Of a stretch of DNA of 64,000 nucleotides, positions 19,162 to 25,699 are shown piece by piece. Source of the DNA: a virus (lineage: Duplodnaviria > Caudoviricetes); IMG/VR virus record IMGVR_UViG_3300031994_002623, positions 1-64,000 of that record, one strand, 5' to 3'. The notes under the pieces are model-generated. The model made no database searches and was not told the origin of the DNA. It saw only the letters and a program-made list of their open reading frames with translations. The position numbers were made by a program, and so were the translations under genes. Within the stretch, counting starts at the first letter, position 1. Every line of letters starts with the position of its first letter.

Positions 19162-19842
19162 ATGGATAAATTAACGAAAGATTTTAGGCATTTTGCCATT
19201 GACAAGACTAAGGCATCCACATCGGTGGTGGATGACGTAATTAAGAAACAAAATAATCTTCTCACTCCATACATTCTTGAGGAGAGACAACTTAATGTGG
19301 CAACATTTGACGTATTCTCAAGGCTGATGTATGATAGAATTGTATACTTTACAGGAGTTGTTAACGAGGATACGTGCAATACTGCTGTTGCACAGCTACT
19401 TTATTTAGCTTCAGTGGATGAGAGAGATATTAGTATGTATATAAACAGTCCTGGAGGTTCTGTTGTTGATGGTCTTGGACTTGTTGACACTATGGATTAC
19501 ATTAACTGCGACATTTCAACACTATGTGTGGGTATGGCGGCATCAATGGGCGCAGTACTACTTAGTAATGGTGCTAAAGGAAAGAGATTCGTATTACCTC
19601 ACAGTAGGGTTATGATACACCAGGTTAGTAGTGGAGCACAGGGTGTGTTGAAAGACCTTGAAATTGAGCTGGAACAGACCAGGAGGTGTAAGAATGACGT
19701 ATACAGGATTCTTGCTGATAATACTGGCAAGTCATTCGAGGAAATGGAAGCACTCTGTGACAGGAACAACTGGTTCATAGGACAGGAGGCTGTTGACCTT
19801 GGAATTGTTGATAAAGTGTTAATTAGTGAGAAAAAGTCTTAA
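19162..19842 (+). CDS. clpP: ATP-dependent Clp protease proteolytic subunit
   Basis: DVFSRL, YINSPGGSV, GMAASMG, MIHQ. Confidence 0.95.
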   Translation: MDKLTKDFRHFAIDKTKASTSVVDDVIKKQNNLLTPYILEERQLNVATFDVFSRLMYDRIVYFTGVVNEDTCNTAVAQLLYLASVDERDISMYINSPGGSVVDGLGLVDTMDYINCDISTLCVGMAASMGAVLLSNGAKGKRFVLPHSRVMIHQVSSGAQGVLKDLEIELEQTRRCKNDVYRILADNTGKSFEEMEALCDRNNWFIGQEAVDLGIVDKVLISEKKS

Positions 19843-19846
19843 AATA

Positions 19847-19878
19847 TTTTGGAATAATATATTTTTCGTATATATTTG
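19847..19878 (+). promoter_or_regulatory. Bacteroidota sigmaA promoter
   Basis: TTTG at about 19848 and TATATTTG at 19871. Confidence 0.7.
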
Positions 19879-19884
19879 CACCGT

Positions 19885-20067
19885 ATGAGCAAGTATGAGT
19901 ATAAAGTTATTAACAGGGAGACAATATCGCTAACTGAATTAAACGCCTTGGGAGGTGAAGGGTGGATAATGTGCCACATAACACCTCCAGAAGGTCGCAT
20001 CAAACAATATGTTTTCTACCGTAATATTGAAGAAATAAAGGAGGCTAATGAAAATGAAAGCAACTAA
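19885..20067 (+). CDS. DUF4177-like small protein
   Basis: YEYKV...LNALGGEGW...FYR. Confidence 0.65.
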   Translation: MSKYEYKVINRETISLTELNALGGEGWIMCHITPPEGRIKQYVFYRNIEEIKEANENESN

Positions 20068-20605
20068 GGTTTTTACGCCCCCATTGAAGTATGACAATAG
20101 TACTTATATGATAAATGGTATAGTACCACTTAATCTATTCCTAGGGGGTACAATTGACAATGGTAACTCTTTGGATTGGCAGAAATCCATTGTGGATGAA
20201 TTGTGTGATACTGACACAGTGCATCCTATCATGATTTATAACCCAAGAAGAGAAGATTGGCCAGATAGTGATAATAAAGAAGAAATTGAAAAACAAATCA
20301 ATTGGGAGTTATATCATCTTGAGAGGTCTGACCTAATAGTAATGAACATATTGGGTAATTCCAAGTCGCCAATATCATTAATGGAAATTGGATTGTATGC
20401 AAGAACTGGAAGGCTAATTGTATTCTGTAATCCTAACTTCTATAGGTTTGACAATGTGAGGATTGTATGTAAGACATATAATGTTCCGTTGTACGAGACC
20501 AACGATATATTAGTGATTAAGAATAAAATCTTGGAGAGGGCTAACAAGGATGCAGACTTCACTTACGATGGTAGTGTATACACTTCTCCGTACTATGAAC
20601 CATAA
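20048..20605 (+). CDS. Nucleoside 2-deoxyribosyltransferase-like protein
   Basis: FLGGTI, DWQ, YNPRR, QINWE, SPISLMEIGL. Confidence 0.85.
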   Translation: MKMKATKVFTPPLKYDNSTYMINGIVPLNLFLGGTIDNGNSLDWQKSIVDELCDTDTVHPIMIYNPRREDWPDSDNKEEIEKQINWELYHLERSDLIVMNILGNSKSPISLMEIGLYARTGRLIVFCNPNFYRFDNVRIVCKTYNVPLYETNDILVIKNKILERANKDADFTYDGSVYTSPYYEP

Positions 20606-20611
20606 TCAGTT

Positions 20612-20947
20612 ATGTTTGATAATATCAGAAAAATAAAATATAGGAACTTGAGAATTTGGTTGGTTGACCAGATTAAGAGGAAGAGGTGGTTTATCAACTT
20701 CTTCGTCACTGGTAATGCGTGGGGTGCATTCTCAATTAACTCTCACATTAATCAGCATACTGGGAAAGAGAAGGTAATGTATAATTCTGTCAAGTCTGCA
20801 CAAAAAGCTGCTGACAGCATGTCAAAGAAGCGTGGAGTACACTTCTCATTCTACAAGTGTCTTTTCTGTGATGGATACCACGTAGGTAAAAATAGGGACA
20901 ATAAAATTCCAGGATATGATACCAAAGAGACTATTGATAAAGGGTAA
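20612..20947 (+). CDS. Hypothetical protein with YxCxxCxGYH motif
   Basis: ORF track; YKCLFCDGYHVG. Confidence 0.7.
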   Translation: MFDNIRKIKYRNLRIWLVDQIKRKRWFINFFVTGNAWGAFSINSHINQHTGKEKVMYNSVKSAQKAADSMSKKRGVHFSFYKCLFCDGYHVGKNRDNKIPGYDTKETIDKG

Positions 20948-21248
20948 AGAATTCAAGTTCTGTTATGAACCCATGAGTGGTGGTATACTGTTCGATGAAT
21001 GGTGGTGTTGTTACTTCACTGGTGAAGAAAAGGCTGACGATAATTCCGTAGAGGCTGGGGAAGGATATATACCGTTCGTTACAGATGGAAGAGACCGTTA
21101 TTATCTGTTGTCGGCAGCACCTACCAAAGATGACTCATTCATGGCTTTAGTTGAGAAGGTGAATAATGCACTTTCGTTCAAGGAAGGAATTGTAAAATGT
21201 GTTGATAACGAATATGTTGAATTAAGTGATTTACAAGATGGTATTTAG
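20916..21248 (+). CDS. Hypothetical protein
   Basis: ORF track. Confidence 0.7.
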   Translation: MIPKRLLIKGKEFKFCYEPMSGGILFDEWWCCYFTGEEKADDNSVEAGEGYIPFVTDGRDRYYLLSAAPTKDDSFMALVEKVNNALSFKEGIVKCVDNEYVELSDLQDGI

Positions 21249-21657
21249 AAAATTTTCAAAGGAAGAGAGAAGTTCATTCTCATACTGGTTTAATCATTGG
21301 AAGGCTTACAATTGGGTTGCTTGGAATCTTGGTGTATGGCAACCACGTTTTCTTCTTCATGATATTGAGAAACCCTGGCTTAAGTTATTGTGGGGTGACT
21401 ACAAGAAGGTACAGAAGTGGCATAAGCACCACAACAAACACCATATATTCTCTGGAAGACATTACGGCTTAAACAAGGTTGATTGGCTTGCTGCTGTGAT
21501 AGATTGGGAGTGTGGACGCTATACAAAATATGCTTGTCCAAGGAATGCAAGGGAAGAGGTTGATTACCTTCTTACCCAGACTGAGAAGTATTCCGATGAT
21601 GAGAGGGAAGAAATAAGGAGAAATTGTTATCCAATATTAGATTATTTGGAACTATGA
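21238..21657 (+). CDS. HD-like His-rich protein
   Basis: LLHDIEK, HKHHNKHH, IDWE. Confidence 0.6.
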   Translation: MVFRKFSKEERSSFSYWFNHWKAYNWVAWNLGVWQPRFLLHDIEKPWLKLLWGDYKKVQKWHKHHNKHHIFSGRHYGLNKVDWLAAVIDWECGRYTKYACPRNAREEVDYLLTQTEKYSDDEREEIRRNCYPILDYLEL

Positions 21658-21794
21658 CAAAGGAAGAGTTAATCAAAAGTATTGAAAACTACGAAACAAT
21701 GTGTGATGAATCTGATACATGGTATAGTAGTGACCTGGTTGAAGAAGCATTAAGCATACTTGATTCGGTTAAAGAGTATTTGAATGAAAATTAA
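21654..21794 (+). CDS. Small acidic hypothetical protein (46 aa)
   Basis: Manual translation; ATGA overlap. Confidence 0.6.
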   Translation: MTKEELIKSIENYETMCDESDTWYSSDLVEEALSILDSVKEYLNEN

Positions 21795-21933
21795 GAGAAT
21801 AATTGCTGCAATATTAACGTTTGGGTTGTCTGAGAAAATGGATAGTAAGCCTACCAATGGAGTAACTATACTTGATACTGATGAACTCAGACGTGCAATA
21901 ATTGAAGAGAGGGTTACATTTACCGAATTATGA
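21784..21933 (+). CDS. Small hypothetical protein (49 aa)
   Basis: Manual translation; overlaps neighbours. Confidence 0.55.
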   Translation: MKIKRIIAAILTFGLSEKMDSKPTNGVTILDTDELRRAIIEERVTFTEL

Positions 21934-22142
21934 GTATATGGAAAACATTAAGGCAGGAGAAGCCAGAGAAGTTTACCAATGTAATTATACTTACGAGGGG
22001 TAACAGGATTACGCAGGGATTCTATAACCCAGAAGACGGTAAGTTCTGGAAAAGGATTGGATGGGTACACCCAATCACCTACAAGCGTTGGTGCTACGAG
22101 CATGAGTTGGTACAACAGGCATTAGAGGAGATAAGACAATGA
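21930..22142 (+). CDS. Hypothetical protein
   Basis: ORF track; ATGA overlap. Confidence 0.65.
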   Translation: MSIWKTLRQEKPEKFTNVIILTRGNRITQGFYNPEDGKFWKRIGWVHPITYKRWCYEHELVQQALEEIRQ

Positions 22143-22246
22143 TAGATTATATCGTGATGTCGTTTGTTACATTGTCTTTTGTCGCCATTCAGTTTATGAT
22201 GTACGATATTGGTAAGACAATGATAAAAAAAAAATACAGTAAATAG
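22139..22246 (+). CDS. Small membrane peptide (35 aa)
   Basis: MIDYIVMSFVTLSFVAIQFMMY...KKKYSK. Confidence 0.5.
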   Translation: MIDYIVMSFVTLSFVAIQFMMYDIGKTMIKKKYSK

Positions 22247-22270
22247 TTTGATATTTTGAATAAAACGTTA

Positions 22271-22277
22271 TATTTAT
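22271..22277 (+). promoter_or_regulatory. Putative phage late promoter TATTTAT
   Basis: Motif match. Confidence 0.55.
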
Positions 22278-22279
22278 AA

Positions 22280-22405
22280 TACAGATATGAGATATATTAA
22301 TGATAGCATAATGATACAGGCTGGTCAGTTGCAATTGCAACGACTCGCACTATAAGGGTAAAAACACTGTTTTCACCTAGGTATCACGATGCAATCATGT
22401 CTGTA
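22280..22405. ncRNA. Candidate structured RNA (three-way junction), family unknown
   Basis: Pairings 22300-22317/22381-22398; hairpins 22323-22345 and 22356-22378; outer 22280-22290/22395-22405. Confidence 0.45.
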
Positions 22406-22440
22406 GTACATAATAACGTTATTAAAATATTAAACTAACT

Positions 22441-22563
22441 ATGGCATGTGGATGTAAAAAGAATCAGACAGCTCCAAAACCAACGACAGAGAACGTGAAT
22501 AGGGCAAGACCTACTTCAAACGGTACTAGGGGCTTAAGGACGGAAAAGAGAATTATCCGTTAA
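22441..22563 (+). CDS. Small basic protein with MACGCK N-terminus (40 aa)
   Basis: Manual translation. Confidence 0.65.
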   Translation: MACGCKKNQTAPKPTTENVNRARPTSNGTRGLRTEKRIIR

Positions 22564-22577
22564 AATTTTCTAAAAAA

Positions 22578-22609
22578 TTTGGTTTTTTGAAAAAAATTCC
22601 ATATCTTTG
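22578..22609 (+). promoter_or_regulatory. Bacteroidota sigmaA promoter ahead of the tRNA region
   Basis: TTTG at 22578 and TATCTTTG at 22602. Confidence 0.8.
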
Positions 22610-22671
22610 CATCGTGAATCAGAATGTACTGGCTCACGATGTTTTTTGTTTTTAGAAATAAGTAAGAAAGA

Positions 22672-22851
22672 TAGTCATTCGATGTTATTTGGGGGTTCAA
22701 ATCACCTCAACTGGGCTAAATGACGACGAACTTAGTAAGTATCTTGATAATGTAATGAATCCGATATTGCCCGCAAACGTAGGAGTTGTTATCAAGTAAG
22801 GTCGGACATTGTTAAATCTGTAAGTAGTACGTAATGCTTGCATGAATGACT
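22672..22851 (+). ncRNA. Candidate structured RNA with T-loop, family unknown
   Basis: Ends pair (agtcattc/gaatgact); GGTTCAAATC T-loop; cttgataat/gttatcaag stem; no ORF. Confidence 0.45.
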
Positions 22852-22855
22852 TTAT

Positions 22856-22945
22856 GGCTGAGTGGTGGAATTGGTAGACACACCAGACTCAAAATCTGGC
22901 GGTGAAGTAGTACTTCCCATGCGGGTTCGAGTCCCGCCTCAGCTA
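22856..22945 (+). tRNA. tRNA-Leu(CAA)
   Basis: Cloverleaf GGCTGAG/CTCAGCT; CCAGA-CTCAAAA-TCTGG; long variable arm; TTCGA; CCA not encoded. Confidence 0.93.
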
Positions 22946-22951
22946 CAACAT

Positions 22952-23033
22952 ATCTCTGTGGCGCAATGGTAGACGCAGTACGTTCAGACCGTATGTTCGA
23001 TAGAACATGTGGGTTCGACCCCCACCAGAGGTA
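22952..23033 (+). tRNA. tRNA-Leu(CAG)
   Basis: ATCTCTG/CAGAGGT; GTACG-TTCAGAC-CGTAT; long variable arm; A73. Confidence 0.88.
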
Positions 23034-23050
23034 CAATAGATTGATATTAT

Positions 23051-23161
23051 ATGAGAGTACGTGAGACATATTATGACACCGATATGCACGGCAATACGGT
23101 AGTTGAAGAAGTTGGAAAGTCAGAATACTTTATCGATGAGTGGGCAGACTTTGATGACTGA
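23051..23161 (+). CDS. Small acidic peptide between tRNAs (36 aa)
   Basis: MRVRETYYDTDMHGNTVVEEVGKSEYFIDEWADFDD fills the spacer. Confidence 0.5.
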   Translation: MRVRETYYDTDMHGNTVVEEVGKSEYFIDEWADFDD

Positions 23162-23167
23162 TAGAAT

Positions 23168-23253
23168 GGCCTCGTGCTGGAATTGGTAGACAGGCTAGGT
23201 TGAGGGCCTAGTGCCTCGTGAGGGGCGTGTGGGTTCGACTCCCATCGAGGTCA
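23168..23253 (+). tRNA. tRNA-Leu(GAG)
   Basis: GGCCTCG/CGAGGTC; CTAGG-TTGAGGG-CCTAG. Confidence 0.93.
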
Positions 23254-23351
23254 CGTGATGATTTTACAAGTGTTAGGTTATACTGAGTTCGCAAGCAAAC
23301 CTAGTTCACTTTGGGGTGGTATTATGGTTCGCCCAAATACCCCCATTTTAT

Positions 23352-23439
23352 GCCCTTGTGATGGAATTGGTAGACATGCCAGACTAAGAATCTGGTGCGA
23401 AATAACAGTAGTGTGTGGGTTCAAGTCCCACCGAGGGTA
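23352..23439 (+). tRNA. tRNA-Leu(AAG)
   Basis: GCCCTTG/CGAGGGT; CCAGA-CTAAGAA-TCTGG; Leu-type D loop; A73. Confidence 0.88.
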
Positions 23440-23444
23440 CATAT

Positions 23445-23534
23445 TGGGTGATGGTCGAGTGGTTTAAGACGGAGGTCTTTGAAGCCTTTGTAAAGGTGAC
23501 CCCTTTACCGCAGGTTCGAATCCTGCTCACCTAA
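23445..23534 (+). tRNA. Class II (long variable arm) tRNA with TTG (Gln) anticodon; amino acid identity uncertain
   Basis: TGGGTGA/TCACCTA; GAGGT-CTTTGAA-GCCTT; V stem GTAAAGG/CCTTTAC; GCAGG-TTCGAAT-CCTGC. Confidence 0.85.
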
Positions 23535-23549
23535 CTATTTATCTATACT

Positions 23550-23786
23550 ATGAGTAAAGGTAAGAAATTCAATACCCCTAAAAGATTTTGGAAGAATATG
23601 TATAAGAAGACTAAACGTCCACCATATTCAACTCAGTCGTGGAGAAAGACAACCCCCCATGTATTTGGTCAACGACATAAAAAATTCAAGTGGTATTACA
23701 GGAACAAGAAGTGGTTCAAAGAGTTTGATGGAGAAAGACTTAGCCATCAGAAGATGAACAACTATGAATTGTGGTTCTGGGACTAA
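23550..23786 (+). CDS. Basic, aromatic-rich hypothetical protein
   Basis: ORF track. Confidence 0.6.
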   Translation: MSKGKKFNTPKRFWKNMYKKTKRPPYSTQSWRKTTPHVFGQRHKKFKWYYRNKKWFKEFDGERLSHQKMNNYELWFWD

Positions 23787-23835
23787 CTAGTAACTTTTGA
23801 AAATTATACTATATTTATTCAAAAACTAAAAGATT

Positions 23836-24015
23836 ATGAATAGTATAGTAAGTAACAACAAGATTGAACTGAGGTATAACTCTGATAAGATGGAGTATAT
23901 CTTGGTGATGTATGACATCTATGGTCACTACATCGATGAAACTACTTTATCCAGGGAGGATGTTAAGGAGCTTTACGAGGGTCTTGATGCAGTAAAGAGT
24001 GATTTTATTCGTTAA
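23836..24015 (+). CDS. Small hypothetical protein (59 aa)
   Basis: Manual translation; TATTTAT at 23812. Confidence 0.65.
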   Translation: MNSIVSNNKIELRYNSDKMEYILVMYDIYGHYIDETTLSREDVKELYEGLDAVKSDFIR

Positions 24016-24042
24016 TTTCTTGTTTTTCCGAAAAAAAATATA

Positions 24043-24050
24043 TATCTTTG
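24043..24050 (+). promoter_or_regulatory. Bacteroidota sigmaA promoter -7 element
   Basis: TATCTTTGCA. Confidence 0.75.
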
Positions 24051-24081
24051 CACTATAGATATTAATTTAGACTAGAGAGTT

Positions 24082-24282
24082 ATGAATATTTTTGTAAAGA
24101 AGACAATGGCATCAACCCTTGGTATGCCTATGGAGCAGGTTGATGCAATACTGAATGCAGCAGAGGCATTCAAGAGTAATGAGATTGATAGGGCAACTGC
24201 AATCGAGGTGTTCAACAAGATGTCAAAAAAGAATCCTAAGGAAATTAACGAGGTTCTTAAGGCACTCAAGGGTATGCTTTAA
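24082..24282 (+). CDS. Hypothetical protein
   Basis: ORF track. Confidence 0.7.
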   Translation: MNIFVKKTMASTLGMPMEQVDAILNAAEAFKSNEIDRATAIEVFNKMSKKNPKEINEVLKALKGML

Positions 24283-24284
24283 CT

Positions 24285-24803
24285 ATGACAGCTACTCAAC
24301 TTTTCATACAGTTTCTTAGGGAAACATGTGATATAGGTGAGTACTTTTTCTTTAGGGAAATCATATCACACGACCCTGGAAACAGATATTTCAAGAAAAG
24401 GCCGCTTTTCAAGAAGGATTTCGTTGAAGGCTATCTCTCTAGGAATGGAAGACAGCTTAGGACTTTTATGACTAGAATGTTCGTTCTAGCACCAAATCTT
24501 GTAAAGAAGAGAAACTCAAACCCAAGGTGGAAAACCCTATACAATAGGTATAAGGATGATGAAGACCAATTATGGAGAAAATGGTGGTTATCTATCATGA
24601 ATAGTAAGGGTACTGGCATATATGTTAAGTATTACTGTGATTTGTGGCATTATTGGCTTGATAGGAGGGTTGATTGGGAGAACAGTAACAAGAGACCTTG
24701 CAGCAATTTCAAGAAGGGAGAAAACTATCAGTTTACGCTAAGAAAAAATGGGAAGGATAATAATCTACAACACGAAACTAGAAGACCACACCGCAGAACC
24801 TAA
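24285..24803 (+). CDS. Hypothetical protein
   Basis: ORF track. Confidence 0.7.
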   Translation: MTATQLFIQFLRETCDIGEYFFFREIISHDPGNRYFKKRPLFKKDFVEGYLSRNGRQLRTFMTRMFVLAPNLVKKRNSNPRWKTLYNRYKDDEDQLWRKWWLSIMNSKGTGIYVKYYCDLWHYWLDRRVDWENSNKRPCSNFKKGENYQFTLRKNGKDNNLQHETRRPHRRT

Positions 24804-25143
24804 CAACTACTATATAGGTAGGTCTAGTGACGGAAACCCACTTGGGAATCCATTCACCCACAACGGAAAAAGGAGCAACCTAGCAAAGCTCTCCTTCAAG
24901 ACACGAGAGCAAGCCATAAATGCATACAGGATGTATTTCGAAAGAGCATATGGCAAGGATGAGGCACTAACAAAAGCATTCGACGAGATATATGAACATT
25001 ATAAGAATGGTGAGGATGTATATCTTCAGTGCTTTTGTAAGCCAGAACCATGTCATGGTGATGTAATTGCTGAGGAATTACAAAAGAAACTACTCAAGGA
25101 GAAAATGACAGAATTAAAAAACAAGAAAAGAGAGACTAAGTGA
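24748..25143 (+). CDS. DUF4326 domain protein
   Basis: YIGR...LGNPF, L.CFCKPEPCHGDV. Confidence 0.85.
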   Translation: MGRIIIYNTKLEDHTAEPNNYYIGRSSDGNPLGNPFTHNGKRSNLAKLSFKTREQAINAYRMYFERAYGKDEALTKAFDEIYEHYKNGEDVYLQCFCKPEPCHGDVIAEELQKKLLKEKMTELKNKKRETK

Positions 25144-25160
25144 GTCTCTCTCTTTTTTTT

Positions 25161-25637
25161 TTATCTTATCGGATGACTAAGTTCCCCTATAATTCCTTTA
25201 TTTATCTCTTTTGCTAGTTCATCTATCTGAGTCTGTAAATCTTCAATACTGTATCTTCTTCCATTACCATTAGTTATTGAGTAGTTTGCTGTAGTCATTT
25301 CAGAAAATGGTATTAGTTTTGTCTTGAAGAAGAACGGATTATCACTCAAAGACTCTATTACTTTCATTTTTTCCTCACAGATGCCCCTAAAAGCCTCTGT
25401 ATCTGCTTCGGATAGTTCAAACCATTCTCCTATAAGGTTTGATGATTTGAAGTGATTGTGGAGCATTTTTTCAAGTTTGAAAGGGTGTTCTGTCTCATAC
25501 GACTCCTTAATGTACAGTTCCGACGAGCTTCCAGTCTGTAATTGTTTCAACCTCTTTGTTACATCCTTAGCCCTGGTAGAGCCTATTTTGTACCTCCCAG
25601 GTATTTCTCTATTTCCTATTAAATATACGTGTCCCAT
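25161..25637 (-). CDS. GIY-YIG/T5orf172 nuclease-like protein with C-terminal prohead-protease-like fragment
   Basis: VYLI, YKIGST, RLKQLQTG, EKMLH, GEWF; tail NGRRYS...GELSHP. Confidence 0.8.
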   Translation of the reverse strand: MGHVYLIGNREIPGRYKIGSTRAKDVTKRLKQLQTGSSSELYIKESYETEHPFKLEKMLHNHFKSSNLIGEWFELSEADTEAFRGICEEKMKVIESLSDNPFFFKTKLIPFSEMTTANYSITNGNGRRYSIEDLQTQIDELAKEINKGIIGELSHPIR

Positions 25638-25675
25638 AATATATAAAATATAGTATCTGTTTCTGATTTTCCAAG

Positions 25676-25682
25676 TATTTAT
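25676..25682 (+). promoter_or_regulatory. Putative phage late promoter TATTTAT
   Basis: TATTTATataga before ATG 25700. Confidence 0.7.
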
Positions 25683-25699
25683 ATAGAAAAAAATATATT

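Noticed and set aside
22280-22405. Hammerhead ribozyme
   Set aside because: Core CUGAnGA and GAAA are not found in the required arrangement on either strand.
22773-22799. tmRNA tag-like frame GCA AAC ... TAA (ANVGVVIK*)
   Set aside because: No Ala acceptor stem with G3-U70, no CCA end, and no ALAA-like terminus; the region is kept only as an unknown RNA.
22974-22996. Opal suppressor or Sec reading (TCA) of the second tRNA
   Set aside because: The 5-bp stem GTACG/CGTAT with a 7-nt loop centres CAG; the body and A73 are Leu-type.
22812-23467. ORF-track entries 22812..23069(-) and 23255..23467(+)
   Set aside because: They overlap clear tRNA genes.
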